Source of the DNA: Zootoca vivipara
Taxonomy: Eukaryota
Assembly (NCBI RefSeq): GCF_963506605.1
Contig: NC_083287.1
Span: 16,058,001-16,122,000, forward strand
Length of the DNA stretch: 64,000 nucleotides
Direction of reading: 5' to 3'
Positions 51,590-64,000 of the stretch are shown here, piece after piece (position 1 is the stretch's first letter; every line of letters begins with the position of its first letter). The translations under genes were made by a program, and so were the position numbers. The notes beneath the pieces were generated by a model. It worked only from the letters and a program-made list of their open reading frames with translations. It ran no database searches and had not been told where the DNA came from.

Positions 51590-52310
51590 TTTTTCCTGAC
51601 TGAAGTGCATGCAGAGTGTTTAAGGACTGGGACATTCACAGGGAAACCAAAATGCTTGTTTACAAAGCTATTGTACTACCAACCTTACTGTACGCTTGTG
51701 AAACGTGGACCACTGATAAACACCATCCATCTCCAACTCCTCGAAAGATTCCATCAAAGGTGTCTCCGGAAAAAATTACACATCACTTCGGAAGACAGGC
51801 AAACTAATACCACTAGTACTGGAAGAAGCAAAGATCACCAGTGTTGAAGCAATGATTCTTCAACATCAACTTCGTTGGACTGGTCATGTTGTGCAGATGC
51901 CTGATTATCGTCTTCCAAAGGAACTACTCTATTTCAAACTTAAAAATGGAAAGCATAATGCTGGTAGTCAACAAAAGAGGTTTAAAGACTGTCTCAAGGC
52001 AAATCTATATATAAAAAAAGCAGTATAAACACCGACAACTGGGAAACACTGGCCTGGAAGCTCTCCAATTGGAGAACAGCCTTTAGCAAAGGTGCCGTGG
52101 GCTTTTAAGATGCTTGAACTCAGGACAAAAGGGAGAAATGTGCTTGGCAAACCCTCACCATGATCAACTCCCACCTGAAGACCTATGTCCCCACTGTGTA
52201 AAGATGTGTGGATACAGAAGTGGCCTCCACAGTCACTTATGGACTCACTGTTAAAACCGTGTCCGTGATAGACAAACTTACTTAGCTACGACTGATCGCC
52301 AAAGAAGAAA
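51590..52310 (+). mobile_element. RTE-clade LINE 3' ~720 bp
   Basis: TKMLVYKAIVLPTLLYACETWT...LERFHQRCLR...QLRWTGHVVQMPDYRLPK...QQKRFKD, with frameshifts. Confidence 0.9.
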
Positions 52311-53256
52311 GACGGTTTGAGGGAAAGCATTATCAACAGGGAGTATTTCTCAGGAAACTGTAGGATACATATGGATTGTGGCTAAGGTGTACCCACGCTG
52401 AAGTAAACATGGAACGTGTGCACAGCCCTCATTGCTAAAGCAGGGAAGAAGCTTTTGTGCCAACAAATACCTCTTAAGTAGCATTATAGCTGCCTGCTTT
52501 CCAAATATAAATCATAAATAAATGCTTCTCAGTCAAATAATTCCAGGAAGTTACCAAATACTTGGAATAACCATTGCTGTGAGTTGCACAGGGCAAAGCT
52601 CTTGTTGCTGCTTGTTCAAAACGGTTGGGGGAGAATTAGCTATTTGGAGTACAATGGCATTTTTGTTTTGTGTACTGATAGCATGGCACTATACTGAAGG
52701 CACCAGCCCCTTATTCTGTTTCCCCTTGTTAAAAGGGAGGCCATATGCTTAAACTCTTAGCGCTAGCAGAAACTGATGCTCAGAATGTTTGGTTTTTCTG
52801 ACGTTTCATTATAAATATTATTACTAGTCACGTTATGGCATTAAGATAACATTTCTGAAGAACTGTTCCACATCTTTTCTGCAGAGAGCAGGGAATAAAG
52901 ATCACTTTCTACTCTTTGACCACCATGGAAATCAAAGGCGAATGTCACATTCTTCTCCTAATGCCTGCACATTAGTAAATACTGATTGGAATTAGGTCCA
53001 TGTGTCAAGAGGACAAAGGTTCTTTATTTTAGTTTTGTTTTTTAAGTTGGTTAGGAAGTATAGCTGAAAATCTAGCACAGACCTCATGTTTGTCTCTCGT
53101 TCCTGCAAGTGCATTTCACACCAGAAAAGTGCTATAGGCCTGGATTCAACTAGCCCAGCATGCTAGCAAAAACCATCGCAAGGGGTGCTGCTAGTGCAAC
53201 AGGGCTTTTCTTCCTCTCCTCCTTCCCTCTCTTGCACTCTCCGTATCTCCCCAAAT

Positions 53257-53535
53257 CATAGCTGCCAAGTCTCCCGTTTTTCGCGGGAAACCCCCGGATT
53301 TTAATCCGTTTCCCGCTGTTATCCCAAATAGAAAAAAATCCCGGAAATCCCCCATATTTCCTACCTGCCAGGGAGGCTCCATTTCGGGTGCCGTTCTGCC
53401 CATGTCTGGGCACTGGAAATTGGGCAGAGTGGCACTGGAAGTCGCTTCTATGCATGTCTGGACATGCGTAGAAGCGACTTCCGGTGCCGCGCTGCTGCTG
53501 ATCCACATTTTTCAATGGGAGACTTGGCAGCTATG
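53257..53535. mobile_element. hAT MITE (CATAGCTGCCAAGT-TIR family) with internal 58-bp palindrome
   Basis: TIR catagctgccaagtctccc...gggagacttggcagctatg; flanking repeat cccaaat; palindrome at 53431-53488. Confidence 0.85.
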
Positions 53536-54100
53536 CCCAAAATCCACTGTGGAGGTCCACTCCCAGCACAGTACGCAAGGAGAAGGGAGGAGGAAATGTT
53601 CCACCTGGCAAGAAGAACTTACAGAATAATCAAAAGAGTACATACTTAATCCCTCCCACAGCTCCCTAGTCTAGAACGTGTGTAGACTGTCATATATCTG
53701 GGGGATGCTAGCCAATCACAAAGGGTATTCTTCCACTCGACTCTAGAAATGGCCAAGCAGGTCAACTGAGGACATATGACATAGTAGCATGAAGTAAAGT
53801 GCTCCTTGGGGACTTCTACGAGAGTGGTACTGAGAGATTTGTGTAGGTAGGGGCTTTCCAAGCCTCTCCCCTCCTGTATGGGAGCAGTGTCGGTATGGGC
53901 GGAAATCTCAATCAATTGTCTGGAAAAATCTGGATGTACAGCAGCCCAGATCGGCAGTGCCGCATTTCCATAATAATTGCTCAAACTAGCAAAACTAAAA
54001 GAAAAAAGAACCTCAACAAGTTCCCCCCCCAATAAAAACCTCAACAATCCTAGAAATGTTACTTGATATATTGATTTGTTAAAAGCAAATGGGCATGGAA

Positions 54101-54199
54101 TTCCTGCAGCCAATCAGAAGCCACACTTTTGTTTCTGAACGTTTTGGAAGTTGAACGGACTTCCGGAACGGATTCCATTCAACTTCCAAGGTACAACTG
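54101..54199 (+). mobile_element. Tc1/mariner MITE 3' half (7192 family)
   Basis: Near-identical to 7323-7421. Confidence 0.75.
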
Positions 54200-55175
54200 T
54201 ATACATAATCAAACTACATGTTAAGATTCCAAGTTAAAAGCACATGTCTGGGTAGGTTTGCCTATATAAGGTTTTCAGCGGGTGCTGAAAACAAGACAGC
54301 CACAGAGAATAGTAATGAGCAGGGGAAACTGGTAGACAAAAGGGCCAATGCCAAACATTTGGAGATGGGGGGACGTTGGAAGAGGCTAGGCTCAGTTGTG
54401 ACAGCAAGTGAGTTTGCTATGGAAAAAAATCTTCCTTTCTTTTTCTTCAGACCTAGTTTTTTGTTGCTGTTTGTTTTGAGGATATATGGATATGCCAGGA
54501 GCATATCTGCTACTTTCCAGGAGCTGATTCCTCAGCCTGCTCTCATAGACATATTGGACCCAGTTTTTAAATTTATACTGTAGATCGCAGAAGGTGGAGG
54601 GTGTCTCCTAAAGTGGCAGTCTAAAAAAAATTCGAATACTTAGTAAACTGAAAAGGTGGGTCAACATTAGCTCACCCATTCTCACAGTAGAGAAACTTGT
54701 GTGTGTGTGTGTGTGCGCGCACGCGCATGTGTATGGGGTATATGGATTTCCAGACTCTCTCCAGAATCTAGCATTCGAAGAAGTAGACAGGCCTTTTTTT
54801 CCTCCCTCAAATCTTCCCATGCTTCATCTGCCTGCATTGCATTGTTATAAGAATTTTGAGGTCACACATGTATAATAAATGTTCATAAATATACCATGCA
54901 AACAGTACAGGAAGACAGGCCTGAAAACCATTTTGACTCTCCCAAACTGACCAGAATTAAAGTGATCTCCATCTTGTTGTAGGAGTTTCCCCCACCCCAC
55001 TGAATCACACACACACACACATTTCCACATGACTAGCAACTTGGGAGCCATAATCCTGTCAGCCGGAGGCTCTGCCAACTGGACATTTCCCCATCAATGG
55101 CGCCAGACTGCTAGCCATCTCATTCACAATGGAAGACTCCTCCAAACAAAAGACAGTGATCAACTCTTATGAAAA

Positions 55176-55558
55176 TGTTAATTTTTATTTGTGTTTAGGA
55201 ATTCACACCTGGGAGGGGTGAGAGGAGGACTAGGAGGTGTCGAAAGTGCTCAGATTTCTACCTTGAACCCTACTTTTTTGTGAGGTATTGATTACATAGC
55301 TGTGATGTAGGAATGATGTATTGGGGGGTGTTTCTTGGTGATGGGAAAACTGATAAAGGTGGAGGTTCTCTTTTGTTCTGGGTTCCTTCCTTGTTCTCCT
55401 GCTTGAGGGGAAGGACCCTGTTGCAACAGTAAAAATAAAGGCTTTGCTTCTCAAACTTCTCTGGTTGGCCTCTGTTATATATTCTCCGACCGATGGAGAG
55501 CCCAATAAGGCTCTTGTGTACCCCATAAGGGAATAAGGCCAGCTTTTTGCTTTTAACA
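55176..55558 (+). mobile_element. Probable solo LTR
   Basis: tgttaa...ttaaca termini, TATA-like ctgataaa (~55350), aataaa (55434-55439); no clean TSD. Confidence 0.5.
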
Positions 55559-57894
55559 GAATGATTTTCCAAGTTTGGGGAGAAGAGGTGAGGAGGATTG
55601 CTCAACTCCAGAATACTCAAAAGCACCCAACTTCACTTTAACAGTTGGAACCCTCTGCTTAGGCTCATTGGCGGAGCGACAACAAGTCACGAAGTTTCAT
55701 GTTTCATCCTGGAAAGGGGCATATGAGCAAGCAACCGGGGCTCCAGATGGAGACATATGCAGCTGCTATTTGTTCTTTGGCCTGGGTAGGCCATGGGTGC
55801 TTTCAGATTCTCAAACATTGACATTAATAATAAGCAAACAGCTCAGGGCCTAATGGACGTATCCAGCAGTGCTGCTACGGTTGATTGGCCAGATGCAGAA
55901 AACAGGCTGGGGGAGAGCAGAAATGAAGAGGATAATGAAAGAATAGGAACTGCCAGTGTCTCCAAGAGGTCAGAAGACACTCATTAAATGTGCTTGCCTT
56001 CCTGGTTCCTTGATGGGCTGTCCCTTAACCCCCTGTTAAGCAAACAGCGAGTTGTTAAAAATTAAAGCAGTATCGCTTTAAAACAAAATAAAATCCCCCC
56101 AGCCCAATGCATTTCTGAATAGGAGAGCAACAAGCAGTGACAACCGATGTAACCCTAACCAATGGGTCTGCTTCTGTCCAGATAAACAGCCCTTTTTTAA
56201 TCTTAGGAAATTCCAGGAGCTGGAATAAACGTTTATCAGGCAAATTAGGCAAATGCCGAGGTTCCAGGGGGAGACCTTTGATATAGGTCTTGCTTTCACG
56301 GGCACAGTTTATAAACTGGCGCCTGCTTACGAGTCAGAGCTCGTTCTCCCACCCTGTACAGCATACTCGTCCTTGCCCTAAGGTGAAAAGGCAGGTCATG
56401 CTTAGACCATGCTATGGAAATACTCGGTCACCCTATTCGGGGCCAGGCAGGAATTTCCCCTCCACTCAAATTGAGCCTGTCTAGGGGTTTCACCTACCTC
56501 ACAGCAATTGTCACAACTAACAGCACCAGTGACCAAGGATGATGGGAATTGTAGTCCCAAAACAGCTGGAGGGCCAAGCTTGGCCATGCCTGCCTTAGGC
56601 ACACACTGACCCAAGGCTCTGCACTATTTGATGAAACAGAAAGGTATTGGGAAGACTGGCTGATTGCCTGTTAAGGTTCATTTTGAAGCTTGTCTCCAGT
56701 TAAGTAGATTCTTGCCGGAGGTGGGTGGGATAGTGAGCGTGAACAGCAGGATGCCTGTTCATTTGAATGGCCCAGTATTATTTTGTCACAAAAGGCAACC
56801 CCAACAGACAAATACCAAGCATTGTTTTTATTTATATGACATCGCTACCTGTAGCAAAGTGTAAGGTATAAAAACCAGACAAAGTGTAATGAATGTCACT
56901 GGGAACAACCCTGTGAAATATCTTCCCTTGGAGGTTCAGACGGGCACTAACTTCCTCTTGCCAGGGGTGCCAACTAGAATAAAATACTATTGGGGGGGCA
57001 GGTAATCCCCGCCCCACATACTCGATCACATGACAGAGTGCACACACACCCTTTGAATGGCAATGCCCATCAACTTTGGGGAAGGCGGCTCCCTCAAATT
57101 TTTTGTTGTGGGGTCCGAAGCCCCCATGGCCCCTAGGAGGTGACTCCTATGTTTTTGCAGTTGAAAAATACCTATTTGCCCAGATGTTTCCTGATCACTA
57201 ATACTGAACATTTTATCTTTCCTTTCTACCTAGCTAGTGGAGGTGAGGCTTATAACCTAATTAAAAAACACACTCTGCCACAACCCTGTTATTAAGAATT
57301 GCACAAATATCTAAAACCAGCAGCCAATCCACAAGAAAGCAAACTAAGCAAACCAAATCCTGGTCAAATACTATTATTATTATTTTTAAAAAAGCTGGTG
57401 CCTAAAAACATACTAATAAGTGTTCCCTAACATACAGAAAGAAATTGAGAGGTTTCTGAACATGCAGAACTTTGTATATGCATCAGAGCCCCAATGATGT
57501 TTGAATTACAAACCCAACTACTGTATAACAAACCATGATCCATACTTTGGTAATAAACATGTGAGGGAATAAGCCTGGCTTCCCCCACTCCCCAATTGTT
57601 GAATGCCCTGTGCTAAATTAAGAATAAGCAACAGTTAATGTTTCCAACTGAAAATCGGGGGGGGGGGGAGGATAAGACACGAAATGTGGCCAAGAAATAT
57701 CTAAGATGTTTAAGGTTACATGCATTGTGCCATTACAACCCACACACTTGTAGTGTGCCAATCATACAGTCATGCCACTCTCTGCATTTTCTTAGCATCC
57801 TATATTTCAGAATGAATCCATTTATGTCATGCTTTGACTATATGCCATTTACATCTGGCTCCCGTGAGCTCTCGTCACTGGTGTTTGAAGAAAG

Positions 57895-58070
57895 ACTGCA
57901 CACAATGTTAGCCACAATCCACATGTATCTTGTAGTTCCTTGAGAAACGGCGCTGTTTGGTGCATTTTCCCTCAAACCACCGCCCATCTGATTTGTAAAC
58001 GCAAGCTGCGGCCAAGCTGAGGTGTGTACATTTGAGACAGCCATTGCACATGAGCAGGTGACATGCGTGT
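57895..58070 (-). mobile_element. Unclassified MITE-like repeat; second copy at ~51486-52430 is split by the RTE insertion
   Basis: Reverse-complement homology to 51490-51570 and 52312-52385. Confidence 0.6.
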
Positions 58071-59744
58071 ACAGACAAAAGCTTCACCGAATAGGAGTTT
58101 GGTACAGTAAAACAAATCAGGTAACCTTCTCTAGTGTGTACAGCAACATAAAAAACACCATGGAACACAACCACAAACATGTACAACGGCATCTGTCTCC
58201 TCTGTCAATATAACCTGTTGTGCCAAATGCAACCTCTGAGAACTGGCATGGGGGTAGAAAATGAGGCAAGCATGCAAATTTAACAAAGCTGTTTCACGCA
58301 AGGACCATTCATTCAGCAGATTCCTTCCACACAGCAGTGTAAGCAGGAAATGTACTCTACAATGCAGGCCTCAAGTGCTAAGGGCATCACCTGGTGCTAT
58401 TTTTCTAGAAAAAGAGGTGCCGGAACTCACCACAAATGCTTCCCTCGTTCTCTCCCTCGCAATGGTGCCCACCTGAGAGATGCCAGAACCTACCTGAGGT
58501 GCCAGGACAGAGTACTGGCTGAAAAGAAGCCCAGGCATGACTTCAGAAGCATCATGAAGGGGGTCACACAGCCTTTGCTCTCTAGATAGCTAGCTTCATT
58601 AGACAACAATTGCCTCCACCTGCAGCAGACTCCTGCTCATTTTTAAAGGAACTGAAACCCAAGGAAATTATTCTGTTATAAAATAAGCAGCTAACTGTGA
58701 GGAATCCAGAACGACAGAGGTCCAAAGGAATCCTGGAGAGTATTTCTGTTTGAAGAATTATTATTAAGAGTTTTTAAAAGGTGAAATACTACAAAAGCTT
58801 AGATGCTCATAGCCAGAGAATTCTGGATACTTTTAAAATACTTTGGCACCAGCTCTACGACTCTGCTCTAGGTTAAAATAATAGAGCTGTTTAATTCAGT
58901 TGTGGATTACTGATCAAGGGTGGCAACTTACACCAAAACAACAACAGCAACAATAACGAGTAGGATTTTTTTCTGCCAACCGTGCTTTATTTTAAGCGTG
59001 AAACATTGTTATACCCCTGATGGCATCCCAACCTGGGTTATATACTGTAAAGACTTTTTCTGTGAGCTTTTTGCATTCAACAGTGAAGTAATCTGTTTGG
59101 GGAATAAGCAGTTACTGTTGTTTTATTTAAAAGCATTTATATCCCACTTTTCCTTTTAAACTGTTCAAAGTAACTAACAAATAACAGACTATTGAAACAT
59201 TAAAATATATCAAAATGTTCTCAAGTTTACAAAAAAAAGCTTAACACAGCATTGCAACCAGTTTTATTTTAAAAAAGCAAAACAAAACAGAGAAATAGCC
59301 CCCGCACGTGGTTTTTAAAAAACACAGGATCAAATCAGGCAGGAAGTGCCCATCAACATCCATGAGGGTGGAGCTATGCAAAGTGACTGCAGAGTAATGG
59401 ATTCTCACTAACATGGATAAAGTTATCAATTCAATTTTGGTGTCCTTGGAAAAGAATGGAGCTATGACTCAATGAACAAGCATATCTCTGATAATGGAAT
59501 GTGGGAGTTATTGAGTAAAGGCAGCACCAATGATAATCATGAGAGCATGGATGCTAATAAACTTAGGGAGCCAAGTTCTCTTTTCTCCTTCAGACAACTT
59601 CATCTGACTACTACTCAGATTTCTCTGTCTTTATGTGAAATTGTTTGCATTCATAAATTAAAGCTCTTTGACTTTGGTCCACACTTCACTGAAATTAGAT
59701 CTGGTTGCTTGACACAGTATCTAATAAGGGAAGCAAACTGAGTG

Positions 59745-59747
<3 letters not shown>

Positions 59748-59836
<89 letters not shown>
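59748..59836. repeat. (AG)n microsatellite
   Basis: Directly visible. Confidence 0.95.
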
Positions 59837-59839
<3 letters not shown>

Positions 59840-59898
59840 GACCAGTAATACTTCAATTTTGCTTTGCTGTGGTTGCAATCAAGTCATTTACTCTACAG

Positions 59899-60210
59899 CA
59901 GGCATGTCCAACAGGTAGATCGTGATCTACCGGTAGATCACTGGACGTCTGCAGTAGATCACTGGTAGATCATTGGCTCCCTGCAAAGAAGCTGAACAAC
60001 TGTGGCTACCCTGAAAAAAGTTCAACATTTTATCACCTCCCTGAAAAAACTCAACAACTTTGACTTGACCCCCCCCCCAAAAAAACGGTCTTCCTCCTTC
60101 CTAAAAAAAAGTTCAACAACTTTGACCTGAACCCTAAAAAAGGGGGTAGATCACTGCCAGTTTTTAACTCTGTGATTAGATCGCAGTCTCTTGGGAGTTG
60201 GCCACCCCTG
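59899..60210 (+). mobile_element. hAT MITE (GTAGATC-repeat family)
   Basis: TIR caggcatgtccaac...gttggccacccctg; 8-bp TSD ctctacag. Confidence 0.9.
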
Positions 60211-60960
60211 CTCTACAGTATAGCACTCCTATCAAAGGTACCGAAACTGTTCAGGTATAAATGGTTTGAAGATTTAGGTACAGTAATCAAATTCATTCAA
60301 ATTTATGGTCAGAGGAAAGAACAAGTTTAGAGGAATGACATTTAAAGTATGCAAAACTATTAATGCCAATGGTATATATAATGTTTAATTTGAATTGATT
60401 TATATTGCCAGATCTCTCACTTAAGAGTTGACTTCCAATGAAGTCAACAGGGCTAAAATGGAATAACTGTTTAAAATGCTGTCTCAATAAATATGCTGGC
60501 CCTGAATCTTATGCTGGCCCTGAATCAAAGACATTACGTAAGATCACTTCTGATTTTGGACAAGTTTAGGTTTGAAGAGGAAAAGTAATCTGGAGAATTG
60601 TCATGCAGTTTATACTTCAGTGCTCCAAAGCTGGCCAGAACCCCAGAAAGTTAAGCATTCTTTAGCTCAGTAAACCACAAATGGAGGCCTTTCTTCCTGT
60701 AGAGCAAGTATCTCTTTTTAAGGAAGTTCCTCGGGATCCAACCTACCATTTCCATGGCAGAGACGGGAAACTTGCATCTTTCCAAAGGTTGTTGGACTAC
60801 AGCTCCCATGATCCCTGGCCACTGGTCCTGCTGACTGGTGCTGATGGTAGATAAAGTCCAACAACATGTGGAAGGACACTGGTTTACCATCCCTGATATA
60901 GGGCTGTATACATTTACAGAAAAAGGTATCTATGAAATTAGTATTACTTTATAAAGCTTT

Positions 60961-61678
60961 GGGACCCAGGTGGCGCTGTGGGTTAAACCACTGAGCCTAG
61001 GGCTTGCTGATCAGAAGGTCGGCAGTTCAAATCCCTGTGACGGGGTGAGCCCCCGTTGCTTGGTCCCAGCTCCTGCCAACCTAGCAGTTCGAAAGCACGT
61101 CAAAATGCAAGTAGATAAATAGGAACCGCTACAGCGGGAAGGTAAACGGCGTTTCCATGTGCTGCTCTGGTTTGCCAGAAGCGGCTTAGTCATGCTGGCC
61201 AAAAGACATGGAAAAACTATCTGCAGAGAAACGTTGGCTCCCTTGGCCAGTAAAGTGAGATGAGTGCCACAACCCCAGAGTCATTCACAACTGGACTTAA
61301 CTTGTCAGGGGTCCTTTACCTTTACCATTTTTTCCCTCACTCTGTCGCATGCTAAGCTTAGATGTCCACCGGAATTTGAATATGCCCAAAATATAACAGA
61401 CCCCCACAATTTGTGACCTGGAAGCAATTCATGCTTTGTTGTCATAGTGGGTGCTTGATAGCTTTTGCATTTTCAGCCCCAGATCAATAAAGTTTGAAAG
61501 CCCTTGCAACAATCCACTATAACAGCTTGTGTTACTCACAATAGACTCTCCAGAATGCTCATCAATGAATTTGGAAGCTATACGCCGGCTCCCTCGGCCA
61601 ATAATGTGAGATGAGCGCGCAACCCCAGAGTCAGTCACGACTGGACCTAATGGTAAGGGGTCCCTTTAACTTTACCTT
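60961..61678 (+). mobile_element. Sauria SINE with an internal ~370-bp templated insertion
   Basis: TSD tttataaagcttt (60948-60960, 61679-61691); own 5' part 60961-61200 and own 3' part 61573-61678. Confidence 0.9.
61201..61572 (-). repeat. Inverted duplicate of 22457-22926 (lacking the 90-bp MITE)
   Basis: About 245 bp of unique flank plus about 125 bp of donor SINE 3' end; only a few substitutions, and ~185 bp identical. Confidence 0.95.
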
Positions 61679-61955
61679 TTTATAAAGCTTTGTAAACACA
61701 TGCATAGATTAAACACTTTGGAATAGATGTGAATTTTTAAAAGTTTCGAAAGGGGTAGGAACATGCCTTTGGGCACATGCCTGAGAAAACACACAGGAGG
61801 GGAAAATATGATTGTTGATCACAGAGTTCATTCAATCAGACTGCTACTGGACCATTTTATAAGAACACAGATGTTATTGTGGCATATGGTAAATATATGT
61901 ACAACGAAAATAAAACTGTAGGTGAAATATGTATTATAATGTATGTACATATCTG

Positions 61956-62760
61956 TTAAAAATCTAAAAGAGACAGAGAAAAAAAGATTTGGTGCAAAGT
62001 ATTGAGATAGAACTTCACAAAATAGTAAAATATCTAGGGATATGGTTAACACCAAGAAATATAAATTTGTATAAAGACAATTATGAAAAAGTATGGTGTG
62101 AGATAAAAAGGAATCTAGAAATATGGAGTAGAATGAACCTTTCCCTATTAGGAAGAATTGCAGCGATAAAAATGAATGTGCTGCCGAAAATGCTCTTTCT
62201 TTTTCAGATAGTCCCAGTAATGGTCAAGGATGAGTGCCGCAAAAGATGGCAAAAGGATATTTCAAAATTTGTCGTGGGGGGGGGGGGGGAGGCCGAGGAT
62301 TAAACATAAGATACTTACAGATACAAAAGAAAGAGGAGGCTTCGCCCTCCCAGACCTTAAATTATATTATGAGGCTGCATGTTTGGTTTGGATTAGGGAC
62401 TGGATAAAACTGGGAAATGAAGAAGCATTAGCTTTGGAAGGACATGACAATAGATATGGATGGCATGCATACTTATGGTATGGGAAAGGGAAAGTACATA
62501 AAGGATTTTATAACCATATAATTAGGAAATCATTAATGAGAGTATGGGAAAGATATAAGGATTTAATAGAACAAAAAAAACATCTTGGTGGCTATCACCA
62601 ATAGGAACTTTGTTACTCAAACTGCTTGGCAAAAAGGGAAAGTGGCCTACAAATAGAGATCTACTGAAAGATCAAGGGGGGGATGTAATCGGTTATGTTA
62701 TTGGCAATTTGAATTGTTTAAAAAATCTTTTTCTTTAATAAAAATATTTTTAAAAATATA
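61956..62760 (+). mobile_element. L1-clade LINE, 5'-truncated and internally deleted
   Basis: KYLGIWLT...LSLLGRIAAIKMNVLPKMLFLFQ / KERGGFALPDLKLYYEAACLVWI; aataaa plus A-rich tail; 14-bp TSD tatgtacatatctg (61942-61955, 62761-62774). Confidence 0.9.
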
Positions 62761-62767
62761 TATGTAC

Positions 62768-62863
62768 ATATCTGAGGAAGTGAACTGTAGTCTATGATAG
62801 CTTATGCTATGATTAATTTCTTAGTCATTATGGTACCATGGGACTTTGTTGATTTTGCTGCAA
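62768..62863 (+). mobile_element. Older degenerate Penelope pseudo-LTR fragment with decayed hammerhead
   Basis: ctgaggaagtgaactgtagtctatgatagcttatgc follows the CUGANGA-stem II-GAAA-GCUU layout with GAAA changed to GAUA; the downstream ttagtc..ta.ggt.cca tract resembles the other copies. Confidence 0.5.
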
Positions 62864-62929
62864 CAAATTATTATTTTTATTTTTTATTTTATTTTATTAG
62901 ATAGGTAAATAGATAGATAGATAGATCAG

Positions 62930-63122
62930 CTTTATCTTCCAAGGTGATACGCATGGTTCTCCTCCTCCCCATTTCATCCTTACAACAACCTTGTGAGGTA
63001 GGTTAGGCTAAGAGATGGTGACTGGCCCAAGGTCACCCAGTGAGCTTCATGGTTGAGAGAGGATTCGAACCCTGCACTCCCAGGTCTTAGCCCAACATTC
63101 TAACAATTGCGCCACATTGGCT
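62930..63122 (-). mobile_element. MIR/Ther1-like (CORE) SINE; a more decayed plus-strand copy is at ~31270-31415
   Basis: acaacaaccttgtgaggtagg...gtgactggcccaaggtcacccag...ggattcgaaccc. Confidence 0.8.
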
Positions 63123-64000
63123 ACCCCCATCAGAAGCAGGAAATGTAGTTGCCTTTCTTCCACCGTAAAAGAGTCTACACATTTCTCAAGATCATATGTA
63201 ACACAGCAAAGAAAAATCTTCCAGCAATTTTTTCCCTTTTTCTTATTTACTTGGTTACCATTGAGTTCATGATGACTTGTTTTCTTGTACAGTCGTTCTA
63301 TCTGCACTGCTTGACAGACTACTGTGACAAGGTTACCCTTAAATTGATAAAAGGTTTGATGGTGTCGATCCATTTGTCAAAAATGTCTGGCATTGTGCGT
63401 AATGGACTCTGCAGCAGGAGTGTCACTAGCATTCCAGCTGGCTATTTTCTATTCAGTGCGCTGCACACATCACACACAAAAAGGCATACCATCGAGATGC
63501 GGAAGTGTCAGGAGGCTTAGATAACAATGACACTTATCAAACATGAAAACCTACTTTCTTTCACCCTCCAGAACTACACATCAATTAAGGCCAATTAAAA
63601 CTGTACTAAGTGCCATCCCATTCTTCGTAATCATATAAATAACGGCCTTTATTAACAGCAAAGGCTTAGGGGAAAAGAACTGTTGACAAAAAAGAGAGAG
63701 AGCCTAGTTGAGAACTTTCCCCACATTCATTTAGAAAGGGTTCTCCAGTCTCATATCATTTCCCTTTATATTTGCTGGGCTTAATGATGGGGTTGTAATG
63801 CTCTCAAAGTCTGTATAACCTTCAAAGCATAATGGCAAAAGGAGGGATACTTGCTACCCACCCACACTCACTGTCTAAGTTTGCTATTAGAGGGAGTGAA
63901 TCTTGTGCCACAAAGCATGCAAAACTCCGAGGGTCTATTTACCCTTTGGATATGCATTAAGGCTGTGGATAGCTCAGATGGCAGAGAATGAGACTTTTAA

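Noticed and set aside
60492-60526. 17-bp direct repeat tatgctggccctgaatc
   Set aside because: A simple local tandem duplication with nothing between the units and no evidence of an element.

Overview
Squamate genomic DNA, most likely a lacertid lizard judging by the Sauria SINE sequence and the MITE/Bov-B/Penelope mix. It appears to lie wholly inside the RBMS3 gene on the minus strand. Only one host exon is present: the 59-bp RRM1 exon YGKIVSTKAILDKNTNQCKG at 36085-36143 (exon 3 by recalled human numbering). The rest is intron containing SINEs, LINE fragments (L1, L2, CR1, Bov-B, RTE), Penelope remnants with hammerhead motifs, hAT and Tc1/mariner MITEs, and repeat-free blocks that may be conserved non-coding elements. 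The main finding is a TSD-flanked non-autonomous hAT element (47369-48423) carrying about 850 bp that looks like the CpG-rich upstream region, first coding exon, splice donor and intron-1 start of BRI3BP. This Pack-type gene capture lies in RBMS3 sense orientation, upstream of the RBMS3 exon. Other notable items: a ~370-bp templated copy from ~38 kb away inserted into a Sauria SINE, forming an inverted repeat around the exon; an apparent conversion tract between two Bov-B copies; hammerhead cores intact only on the antisense strand; and a structured motif conserved across three diverged copies of an unclassified repeat. All gene and family assignments come from recall, not database searches. 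Nearly all listed ORFs are spurious.
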